Below are positions 1-8,375 of a DNA stretch of 31,750 bases, in pieces. The notes under the pieces were generated by a model. It ran no database searches and was not told the origin of the DNA. It worked only from the letters and a program-made list of their open reading frames with translations. This DNA is from an uncultured bacterium (lineage in GTDB: Bacteria > CSSED10-310 > CAZUFC01): NCBI GenBank assembly GCA_964619725.1, contig CAZUFC010000036.1, forward strand, positions 12,254-44,003. The letters run 5' to 3'. Every line of letters starts with the position of its first letter. Positions within the stretch are counted from its first letter, which is position 1. Made by a program: the position numbers and the translations under genes.

Positions 1-1
1 A

Positions 2-136
2 AACGGAGCATTGATCAAAAATGGGTCTTTTGAGGTTACATTTTTTTCCGAATATCCCACCATTTTGTTTCGATTTCGATACCGATTACTGAAACAAACT
101 GTCGAAAGTCTTGAAAGAAGCGTGACCCCGGTTTGA
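2..136 (+). CDS. possible 3' end of a CDS entering from the left edge (NGALIKNGSFEVTFF...ERSVTPV*)
   Basis: Frame 2 is open from base 2 to TGA at 134-136 and converges on the next gene. Too short to assign a family. Confidence 0.3.
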   Translation, partial: NGALIKNGSFEVTFFSEYPTILFRFRYRLLKQTVESLERSVTPV

Positions 137-201
137 TCAGTGCCGGTATTGGAAATATTTATACAGCTTTACGCAACAGCGGATAGCATGAATATTTTGC
201 A

Positions 202-2001
202 TCAGCGGACAGGTCTATCGACTTCATACACGACCATGGTTTCATCGCCGCAAATCGTGTTGTCCACCAGCTTTACACTGTATATGGGATTCAACCGTAA
301 TTCTTCATTTTCCAGGTCAGGATGCCAGTCCGGAAAAATCGCCAACAGCCGGGGAAATTCATTTTCCCGGAAATATCGTCTTATCGCCGATCCCCCGTTT
401 CCGCTCGTTTTCTTGTAACGAATGATCTCAGGAGTCACTATACCCTTCAGATCGATAATTTTTCGCTCAGAAAAATAGGCTATGGCTCCGATGTCGTCTA
501 CCGCTATGACGGCATCCGGTGACGTATTCCGCTTAAGGAATTTTCCGATGTCGACCTGCATCTGATCTATATTTTTCACGTTTAAAACGTACAGGTCCCT
601 CAGGAGGGCTGTATTCACAATGGACACTCCTGCCAGACATACAGCGGGAATTAGCCATTCATATTTTTTTCCCTGAAAGAAATACCCCGACAGCAATCGA
701 ATGCCGATCGCCGCCATGCTGACGCACAGGAGCATATGAATGAACGGCAACCGGGCGGCCGTATCGGAATTGGTCGGATTCAATCCGAAAATGCTCCAGA
801 AATCCATACCCCTCCACAAGGCATAGAAAGATGAAACGGACAATAAGCCTCCAATCGTGAGAGAAAAAATTCCCGATCCTTTCGAAGTCGCCCGTCCGCT
901 CTTCAAGTAATTGTTCAGGCCTGATGAGGCGATGACAAGGATGAGCGGCGAAAGCAACGTATAATAGCGTCCCCACTGAAACGCGGGATGACCGTAAGGC
1001 GCGACCGCTCCCCGCAGATAAACATAAAACGCGACAGTTACGGGTATTACAAGCTTTCTGCCCTTTGTTTCCGGATCATTCCTCCATTCTTTTATGAACC
1101 GGCTGAAACCGTACATCATAGGCGCTGCCAGAAGCAGATTGTCGAATATAACGTAAATGGGAAGCAGCAGAAAATCCTTGAACGGATAATAAAAAAATGA
1201 CCTTAATAATTCAGCCGGGCTTCCCGACCGGATTCCAAAAATAAGCCCCTTCGTGCCCGATTTTGCCGCTAATGTCGTCGGATGCCAGTCGCCCGTCATA
1301 TAATTCATCGCAAGCATCCCTGCCAAAAGCGGAATGACGAAAGCCGCTGATCCCGCCATATACGACTTCCATACTTCCAACACTCTTTTTCTCCTCATGC
1401 CGACCAGATACTCTGTAAAAACCAGCGCCGGTATCAGCGATGCGCATTCCGGGCGACCCGCAGTCGCTAAAAATATTAAAAATCCCGCTCCTACAAGTTT
1501 CCATATCCTCTCGCAGTCCCACGATAGATAACGCTCCAATGCCCATAAACTCAATACTACATACAAAAGCGACTCCATCCCGGATAAACTCGACCACACC
1601 ATCCTCGCAGTAAAAATGACTATTATAACTGACATATTCCGGACATCTCCGTCTATCCCAAAATAACCGATGAGCCTCACCGTTAATATTATATAGCCGA
1701 AATATAACGCTATGCCCCATAACTGAGCTGCCAGGATGGGACCACAGGAATGAAACATCGAAAGAATAAAAACCCACAAGGGGGAAGTCGATCCGTAAAC
1801 CGCACCCGCACCTCCGTAACTGAAACCCTCTCCACGGTGTATACTCCGCGCGAAGACAAGGTGTATCCATGAATCATCCAAAGGAAATCCTCCCGCACCG
1901 CCTGTAATCTCATATTGACCCCAATAATAATACGCCAAAGGAACTACGCCGATTAATATCAATAATCCTGATCTTATACCCTTCTTCATTACGGGTTTCA
2001 T
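202..2001 (-). CDS. polytopic membrane protein, putative GT-C-fold glycosyltransferase
   Basis: About 12 hydrophobic segments; acidic DD motif in the first extracytoplasmic loop (FPLDDSWIH...GSTSPLW); SLSGMESLL and GRPE motifs; soluble C-terminal domain with IAVDDIGAIAYFS..IIDLKGIV. Start moved to ATG 2001 (GAGGGAG SD upstream); the ORF track starts at 2037. Confidence 0.7.
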   Translation of the reverse strand: MKPVMKKGIRSGLLILIGVVPLAYYYWGQYEITGGAGGFPLDDSWIHLVFARSIHRGEGFSYGGAGAVYGSTSPLWVFILSMFHSCGPILAAQLWGIALYFGYIILTVRLIGYFGIDGDVRNMSVIIVIFTARMVWSSLSGMESLLYVVLSLWALERYLSWDCERIWKLVGAGFLIFLATAGRPECASLIPALVFTEYLVGMRRKRVLEVWKSYMAGSAAFVIPLLAGMLAMNYMTGDWHPTTLAAKSGTKGLIFGIRSGSPAELLRSFFYYPFKDFLLLPIYVIFDNLLLAAPMMYGFSRFIKEWRNDPETKGRKLVIPVTVAFYVYLRGAVAPYGHPAFQWGRYYTLLSPLILVIASSGLNNYLKSGRATSKGSGIFSLTIGGLLSVSSFYALWRGMDFWSIFGLNPTNSDTAARLPFIHMLLCVSMAAIGIRLLSGYFFQGKKYEWLIPAVCLAGVSIVNTALLRDLYVLNVKNIDQMQVDIGKFLKRNTSPDAVIAVDDIGAIAYFSERKIIDLKGIVTPEIIRYKKTSGNGGSAIRRYFRENEFPRLLAIFPDWHPDLENEELRLNPIYSVKLVDNTICGDETMVVYEVDRPVR

Positions 2002-2279
2002 GAAAATTGCTCCCTCACCATTCCCTCCTCCAAGCACTCACGTCCTAGCTGATTACCCCACTTATCACCCTTACCTCGTTCACTTATCTTGTATCTCCCC
2101 TGCCCTTAAACTCTCCTCGACTTGTAAAGCCTGAACATGTCCTGAACTATATTATCAGATTCCCAACTCATATTCATTTCTTTTCTCTTTGAACTACGAA
2201 TTAAACGCAACCCATTTTTGATCCTTCCCCAATTTTTTTCAGTTTTTTTCATTCAAATTTTTTGGTGACCAAGAATCAA

Positions 2280-2325
2280 ATACAACATACAGCGGCGCTC
2301 CCGAATAAAGCACAACATATTGAGA
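2280..2325. promoter_or_regulatory. tandem NrdR-box-like sites
   Basis: ATACAACATACAGCGG (2280) and GCACAACATATTGAGA (2310), 30 bp apart, resemble the acaCwAtATaTwGtg consensus. The second matches the core; the first has one core mismatch. Confidence 0.35.
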
Positions 2326-2387
2326 CATTCTTCATTTTCACATGTAAAATTATTTACCATACGCCAACTTGAATATTAAAAAAAAAT

Positions 2388-2416
2388 TTGATATTTATTA
2401 TTTTTGGAAATACAAT
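2388..2416 (+). promoter_or_regulatory. sigma70-type promoter for the PilB/GspE-like gene
   Basis: TTGATA-17 bp-TACAAT with an A-tract upstream, about 75 bp before ATG 2490. Confidence 0.6.
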
Positions 2417-2489
2417 TGAAAGGGGGTAGTCGGACTGGACGAGGGTAACGGACTCCGAAAAAAACAAGGCTCTGAGGAAGAAAAAAAAC

Positions 2490-4046
2490 ATGGTTTTTTT
2501 TAATCAATCTTTGGAAAAAATCGATTCTAAACTTCTTAAATTGGTGCCCAAAGGTGTGGCTTTGAGATATTGCGCCATACCTGTATCGCGCAAGGGTAAG
2601 GCGCTGTTGACGGCGATGGCTGACTGCGACAACAGGCAGCATTGTGAAGATTTAAAGAATATGACCGGTTTTGAGATTCACACTTTAACGAGCATCCGTC
2701 GCAAAGAGGTGGTAAATGCGATTATCCGTCATTATGAATTAACGGAAGATGAGGAGACGGATTTAAGGACGAAATGGGGTAATTCTGAGAACAAGCCGTC
2801 TGATTCACTTGTTTCATCGCTTGAGAACAACAATGTCGAAGATTCGAATTTATCGTTAGTGTTGGACGAGCCTTTTACGGAAGAAGGTGAGGATACAGCG
2901 AAATCTCTTTTCACGGAATTCATCAACAGAGCGTTTAAGAATCAGTATGAGCAGGTTATAGTTGATATCAAGCAAAGCGAGTGTATCCTCAGTTATCGTA
3001 AATTCGGGATATTATTTCCTGAACGGAGGTTATCGTCTTCAGGCGGGGAAACGTTGTCGGTTTTTTTAAGAGAAACGGCAGGAATGAGTCCACAGAATTA
3101 CGGCAGACCAGAACGAACGGAGATCAATTTTAAAACAGGCGATGATGAGGTGAAAGCGGGCATACTGAGCATTCCCACGGCATCGGGCGAGCAGTTCGTG
3201 ATCAACATGCCTTTAACTGTAGAAATGCCGGAAAGTCTTGAAGAGCTTAACATGCCGAAGGAGAGCATCAAGCATTTATTGCGCAGTTCCGGCAAGCGTC
3301 GCGGCCTGATCATATTTTCCGGTCCCCGCGGCAGCCAATATTTATTGACATTAAGGACTTTTCTAAAGGTATTTCCCCGGAAATGTCGTGAAATACACGT
3401 AATAGACGGTGAAGACCGTTTTCCTGAGAACGGGATATATTTTACGACGATCAAGCAGAACCATCATTTCAGTTTTAAAGAATACTATGAAAGCGGGTTA
3501 TATAGGGTTCCCGACATTTTAACGGTGATAAATCCGAATTTCGATCATTTTGACGGAACATTGCTCAAAGCTTCCCGTGAACGGCTGGTATTGGCGGCAT
3601 TCGAATCGAAGGATGCGGCGGAATCATTAACCATGACGGCGTGCGCCCCCCATTCCGACCACATATTCTATGAAATTCCGATAACGATATGTTCTCAGAC
3701 GGTATTAAGAACGCTGTGCAAGTTCTGCAGACAATCGGTAGAAGTGAAGCCTCGTATTCTAAAAGCTCTGAACCTGCCGACAGATGCATCATCCAGCCGT
3801 AAATTCTATCGCTCCACACCCGACGGATGCGAGAAATGCCGTGGAACCGGATACTCGGGTTATGTCATCCTGTATCAGTTTTTGCCGGTTGATGAGAATC
3901 TGAAAGAGATGGTAATCAACGGAGCGTCTCCATCTGCGGTGAGAGCCTTTATCCGTAAAAGCGGCGTACCCGATTTCAGAGAAACCGCACTTCAACATTT
4001 TCTTTCACGGGTGACCTCGCTGCATGAGGTGCTTCGGGTATCCTGA
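2490..4046 (+). CDS. PilB/GspE (T2SS/T4P secretion ATPase) family protein with degenerate catalytic motifs
   Basis: N-terminal T2SSE_N-like domain (VPKGVALRYCAIPV...AMAD); RGLIIFSGP; tetracysteine LCKFC...GCEKCRGTGYSG; C-terminal VTSLHEVLRVS. Walker A reads GPRGSQYL and Walker B reads PDILTVIN. SD GAGGA. Confidence 0.85.
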   Translation: MVFFNQSLEKIDSKLLKLVPKGVALRYCAIPVSRKGKALLTAMADCDNRQHCEDLKNMTGFEIHTLTSIRRKEVVNAIIRHYELTEDEETDLRTKWGNSENKPSDSLVSSLENNNVEDSNLSLVLDEPFTEEGEDTAKSLFTEFINRAFKNQYEQVIVDIKQSECILSYRKFGILFPERRLSSSGGETLSVFLRETAGMSPQNYGRPERTEINFKTGDDEVKAGILSIPTASGEQFVINMPLTVEMPESLEELNMPKESIKHLLRSSGKRRGLIIFSGPRGSQYLLTLRTFLKVFPRKCREIHVIDGEDRFPENGIYFTTIKQNHHFSFKEYYESGLYRVPDILTVINPNFDHFDGTLLKASRERLVLAAFESKDAAESLTMTACAPHSDHIFYEIPITICSQTVLRTLCKFCRQSVEVKPRILKALNLPTDASSSRKFYRSTPDGCEKCRGTGYSGYVILYQFLPVDENLKEMVINGASPSAVRAFIRKSGVPDFRETALQHFLSRVTSLHEVLRVS

Positions 4047-4524
4047 CCTTTGGGATCGGCAATGTGCACCGAGGGTTCCCGGATATTCCGATGTCTGTTG
4101 CGTACAGCGTTGTTTCAGATTCAACGTGCATCGGCAAAGTCCCCACAAAGGTTTTAATAACTTCATTGGTCCAAGGGATAAGATCGAATTCAAGCATCGA
4201 ATTTCCATAACCCAACTTCGGCTGACATTACAAAGAATTTGATGAGGGCTTAAAGGATTACGCGGTTCAATTTCAGCCGGACAGCACTTCATTCGCCTCT
4301 TATCAGGCTGTAAAAAAATTTATGCACTCAGCAATACCTTACGCACTTTACGGGAAAAAAGCTTGTCCCGTAACTTATTAATTTCCTTCCGCAATCGGCG
4401 TTTGTTCGATAATGAACCGGCTCGCTGACAATATACTCAGCAAAGGTTTCAGAAATATGCAATCATGGGTGAATTTCGAACAGAGAGGCGATCCGCATTC
4501 GAAAATCCCTGTGAGCGGTCACTT

Positions 4525-4540
4525 CGGCATGCAATTTGCT
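4525..4540 (+). promoter_or_regulatory. sigma54 (-24/-12) promoter
   Basis: CGGCATGCAATTTGCT versus consensus TGGCACG-N4-TTGCW, with exact GG-N10-GC spacing; 40 bp upstream of ATG 4581, which has a GGAGG SD. Confidence 0.6.
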
Positions 4541-4580
4541 TCCAAATACTTCGACAATTTAACTGTTTTGGAGGTTAGGT

Positions 4581-5828
4581 ATGAAGAGAAGTATTATTCT
4601 GACGTTGATGCTGCTCTCAGCGTCCAGCATATCGGTTTCGGCCGATGCTGAATTGCCGTTCTGGAGCGCCGGGGACTGGTTCCAGGTAAATCAGGTTTTT
4701 ACTGCCGAAGGCCTTGCCGAGGAAGTTGAGTTCGGTTTTTCGCTGGATATCGCTTCGTGCCGGTGGAATGTCGATGCTGTTGCAACAGAGAATATTCCGA
4801 GTTGCGGCGTGAGTTATGAGGTGTATAACATTGGATTTTCCAATTGCGGTGTAAGCGGAACGGGTACGATCGACATAGGGCTGGGCGACATTCCGATCGA
4901 ATTGCGCAACGGCGTTGTAAACGGTCATATGTATTGCCGTACTGAAGATATTTCGCCTGTTCTTTTTCTCATTTCTGCTCAGGGAGAATTATGGGGGAAC
5001 CTGGGCGGCGGATTCGTAGAAATAGGGACTCTGACCATGAATGACGTTCAGATGGAATTTTGTCCTTACATGCAGGATTTCGTATGGCCGCTTTATGCTG
5101 GTGCGACCTGGGACATGAATTTCACGATGTACATAACGGGAGACGTGACTGCCGAAACCACTCTGGGCGACTTTTCCTTTCCTCTGGACGAAAGTCAGTC
5201 CTTCAGTTTCAGCGGCGGCTGCACAGGCATGGAAACGGTCAACGGCTGTGAGTCGTATAAAATCGTAATGAACAGCAACCAGGGTCCGGGTCAACTGGTG
5301 CACTACTATTGTCCGGAGGATATACTCTGGTATGCTCTGAAAACGATATCAGATTTGTATTTTGAAGGCGACGGAGATGATTATTTCGATCTTCAGGAAT
5401 TAACCTGGAACGTAACTGACGCTTATCATGCGAGTCAGCCGACACCGACGCCGACTTCCACGCCGACGGATTGCACCGTAGCCGTGGACCTGGATATTTC
5501 GCAGGACACCTTTTATCCCGGGGACCTTTTCCTTTTGACGGCTTATATCTCCAATGAAGGACCCGACACGTACGACGACCAGCCTTTCGCCGTGGTCCTG
5601 GATGTTTATGGAACGTATTTCTTTTATCCCGGATGGACCGGCATGTTTGACTATACCCTGATCGATCTTGGGATTGAAACACGGGAATTGGAAATACTGA
5701 ATTTCACCTGGCCGCAGGAACCAAGTTCAGGCTCCGGCATAATATTCTACGGCGCGGTTTTGACCAATGATTTCTTAAATATTCTCGGTGAATTCGATAT
5801 GGTCGTTTTCGGATGGAATTATCCATAA
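4581..5828 (+). CDS. secreted acidic protein: signal peptide, unknown beta-rich domain, Pro/Thr linker, conserved ~120-aa C-terminal domain
   Basis: MKRSIILTLMLLSASSISVSADA signal peptide; PTPTPTSTPT linker (5439-5468); C-terminal domain aligns by eye with the end of the 19455-21809 protein. Confidence 0.85.
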   Translation: MKRSIILTLMLLSASSISVSADAELPFWSAGDWFQVNQVFTAEGLAEEVEFGFSLDIASCRWNVDAVATENIPSCGVSYEVYNIGFSNCGVSGTGTIDIGLGDIPIELRNGVVNGHMYCRTEDISPVLFLISAQGELWGNLGGGFVEIGTLTMNDVQMEFCPYMQDFVWPLYAGATWDMNFTMYITGDVTAETTLGDFSFPLDESQSFSFSGGCTGMETVNGCESYKIVMNSNQGPGQLVHYYCPEDILWYALKTISDLYFEGDGDDYFDLQELTWNVTDAYHASQPTPTPTSTPTDCTVAVDLDISQDTFYPGDLFLLTAYISNEGPDTYDDQPFAVVLDVYGTYFFYPGWTGMFDYTLIDLGIETRELEILNFTWPQEPSSGSGIIFYGAVLTNDFLNILGEFDMVVFGWNYP

Positions 5829-5856
5829 AAAGATAATTCGCTGCAACGTCGATCAA

Positions 5857-5904
5857 GCGCCTGCCCGCGATTTTTCCGGCTTAACGCGCTAGCGGACAGG
5901 CGAT
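5857..5904. repeat. imperfect palindrome with ends related to the family-A element
   Basis: GCGCCTGCCCGC...GCGGACAGGCG inverted ends in a convergent intergenic space. Confidence 0.4.
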
Positions 5905-5942
5905 CATTAAGGCGTTGAACTGTCTGAAAAGACTGTGTTCCA

Positions 5943-6009
5943 ATAATTAGTGACTGTCCAGCATTAAATATTGAATCGTGATTCGAGTTTGCGGACAGTC
6001 ACTAATTAT
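5943..6009 (-). repeat. palindromic MITE/REP-like element, family A (best-preserved copy); may also act as a bidirectional terminator
   Basis: Perfect 17-bp inverted repeat ATAATTAGTGACTGTCC / GGACAGTCACTAATTAT. The reverse-complemented interior (AAACTCGAATCACGATTCAATATTTAATGCT) closely matches the copies at 10788 and 25773. Confidence 0.85.
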
Positions 6010-8375
6010 CAGCCTACGCTGTGCTTTATGGCTATGCTGGCCTGGTTTCTTAATGTCTTTAAATAACTCAGCAGACTGTCGCTTATCTTATAGTTCTTCT
6101 GTTGAAGGTCCGCGTAAAACAGACCCACCGGAACATCTCTTACTACCAGCGGATACAGGATAAACGAAGGAGCGTTTATCGATCTCTTGTACCACAGAGG
6201 TATATCCTTTCTTATTTCAGGATCATCCGCGTCTTTTATGAAATAATCTTTTCTCTGGATGACTGCTTTATTGAATATATCCCTCTTGCCTTCGATATCG
6301 AAAATGAATTTTTTGATGACTCTGTCAACATCATTTCCATAGCCTAATCGCGCTTTCATTCTCGTCCGGGAGGCATCCAACATGCAAAACACGACCCGAT
6401 CGAATCTGAAACCTCGAAAAATCGTCTCCAGAATCATGATCATAACATCGTTCAGATCGAAATCGTCCATTAATATGTTCGTTATTTCCTGGATTCCGCT
6501 CAATAATCCCTTTAACTGCCCCTCCTCTTGCGTTTCCGGTTTTATTTTTTCGTCCGGCTGTTTCTCGGCGGGTTTCTTCGCTATTTTCTCCTTTTCTTCT
6601 TCCGTCGCTTCATCCACCGACTCAAGAACTGAAGGATCGCTATTAAGGCGCTTTATAAACCGGCTCTGCTTCACATCAATGTTCATGATATGGGAATATT
6701 CCTTCAATTTTTCCGTAGAAGAATCAATCAGTTCTCGTATTTCGCCGTCAGAGATTTGAATGCTCTTTTCAAATCTGTTTCTCAAATTCAGAAGCGCATC
6801 GTCTTTCGCCGAACCGGTTTTATTCTGAATAATATCGCACAGTTCATTCGAAAAATTCGTCACGGTTTTCAACGCATCCAGCTCAGATGCGGGTTTATCG
6901 ACTTCGCCCCCCCGCAGCCGGCTGGTAGCCTCGGTTATCATATCAGGGAAACGCCAGGCCTTGAGAACAGCTTTTCCAAGTTCTTCGTAGGAAACGCCGA
7001 GAACAGCTCTGGCCGCAAAATTTTCTTTGACTTTCCCGCCTGATGTTTTCTTTTTTATTTTTTCGTATTCATCCGGAAGATAGAAAATGATCACGAGTTT
7101 TCCCAGATTATAGAGCATAGCGCAGATAAAAACTTTTTCTTTGATATTCAATTTTTGAGATTCAGCAACGTCTCCGGCGATTATGCCGCTCATAAAGCAT
7201 TGCATAGCCGTATCCTGAAGATCAACGACCGATTTTTTGTCCCTTAGATGATCGAACAGTATAAGGCTGGCAGCGGCCATTCTGACGTTTTCAAATCCCA
7301 ATACCACTACAGCCCTTGATATGGTGGCGATTTTACCGGAAAACTGTCCGTAAAAAGCTGAATTGACGAGTTTCAGGAGTTTTGTGGTGAGAGAATAATC
7401 TTTCAAGATGACATTGGCGAGCTGTGAGGCTGAAATAAATTTTTCTTCCGCTTGAAACACATGCTGATTGATTTGCACTATCGATTTGACGAATCCCGGG
7501 AAATGCTTCTCAAAGTTTATCCTGCGCATTAACCTTTCCAGGTTCTCCTCCGATTCGTCCACAGCCTGACTTTTACTTCCCTTCTTGCCGACGGACCTTT
7601 TCCGGCTGTATTCAGTGAGTTCTTTTTCTAATTGCTCTACCGAACTGAACCGTTCGCCCCGCTTCCTGTTCAGAGCTTTCATCACGATTTCATCGATCAA
7701 CTCATCCGCCTGATCATTTATATGTGAAGGCGGGTCCAACTTTCCTCCGCTCGCTGCAACGCTCCTGGCCCCATTATCCCTTTGTATCGGACAGGCAGTC
7801 AGCATTTCATAAAAAAGCTCCCCCAGCGACAGAATGTCCAGGTAAGTCGCAGCTCTATCATCGCTCTGCTCCTGGCTTGACACCATTTCCGGTTTTAAAC
7901 CAGTTGATCCGGAATTCAGATAAAAAACGCCTAAATCCATAATTACCGGTATACGGTCTTCTTTCAGTATCACCTTGGATGCATCCAGGCGGCCGTGTAC
8001 TATACTCTTTTTATGAATTGAATTCACTGCGCGAGTGATCGATTGCATCAATTCCATCGCCTGATGCAATTCCAGCTTGCCCTTCCGCCTGATATGATCC
8101 CGTACGCTCATCCCTTTTACATATTGAAAAATTATATAGGGCCGTCCTGACTCTTCCCCGATTTCATATATCCTGTTGATGTAAGGATGTTTTAATTCAG
8201 TCAGATTGCCTACCGGCTGAATTTTATTGCCTTTTGCTGAATCCCCGTGAATGCTCGCCCCGTTAAACCTTTTTATCAGTACCTTTTCTTTCCGTTTCGA
8301 GTCCATTCCGAGACTCAAAGACTCTCCAGCATGACTTTCAAGACTTTTGAGAATGGTAAATTGTTTGAAATGCAT
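6009..8375 (-). CDS. Ser/Thr-kinase-like (probable pseudokinase) - HDOD - GAF signalling protein
   Basis: Kinase subdomains VLIK, LKHPYINRIYEIG, PYIIFQYVKG, DLG, DILSLG, RFSSVEQL; HDOD motifs LANVILKDYSLTTKLLKLVNSAFY, ISRAVVVLG, WRFP; C-terminal GAF-like domain (YPLVVRDVPVGLFYAD). Start set at ATG 8375 (TAAGGA SD); the ORF track starts at 8522. Confidence 0.85.
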   Translation of the reverse strand: MHFKQFTILKSLESHAGESLSLGMDSKRKEKVLIKRFNGASIHGDSAKGNKIQPVGNLTELKHPYINRIYEIGEESGRPYIIFQYVKGMSVRDHIRRKGKLELHQAMELMQSITRAVNSIHKKSIVHGRLDASKVILKEDRIPVIMDLGVFYLNSGSTGLKPEMVSSQEQSDDRAATYLDILSLGELFYEMLTACPIQRDNGARSVAASGGKLDPPSHINDQADELIDEIVMKALNRKRGERFSSVEQLEKELTEYSRKRSVGKKGSKSQAVDESEENLERLMRRINFEKHFPGFVKSIVQINQHVFQAEEKFISASQLANVILKDYSLTTKLLKLVNSAFYGQFSGKIATISRAVVVLGFENVRMAAASLILFDHLRDKKSVVDLQDTAMQCFMSGIIAGDVAESQKLNIKEKVFICAMLYNLGKLVIIFYLPDEYEKIKKKTSGGKVKENFAARAVLGVSYEELGKAVLKAWRFPDMITEATSRLRGGEVDKPASELDALKTVTNFSNELCDIIQNKTGSAKDDALLNLRNRFEKSIQISDGEIRELIDSSTEKLKEYSHIMNIDVKQSRFIKRLNSDPSVLESVDEATEEEKEKIAKKPAEKQPDEKIKPETQEEGQLKGLLSGIQEITNILMDDFDLNDVMIMILETIFRGFRFDRVVFCMLDASRTRMKARLGYGNDVDRVIKKFIFDIEGKRDIFNKAVIQRKDYFIKDADDPEIRKDIPLWYKRSINAPSFILYPLVVRDVPVGLFYADLQQKNYKISDSLLSYLKTLRNQASIAIKHSVG

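Noticed and set aside
1211-1870. 219-aa alternative-frame ORF
   Set aside because: Lies wholly within the membrane glycosyltransferase-like gene and has no recognisable motifs.
2080-2178. 31-codon minus-strand ORF (MNMSWESDNSS...) in a purine-skewed leader
   Set aside because: No convincing SD or motif; length expected by chance.
4046-4152. Loose long hairpin (ACCTTTG...CAAAGGT, TGCAC/GTGCA) after the PilB-like stop, considered as ncRNA or riboswitch
   Set aside because: Pairing is patchy, it is single-copy here and has no known aptamer motif; may be a decayed repeat.
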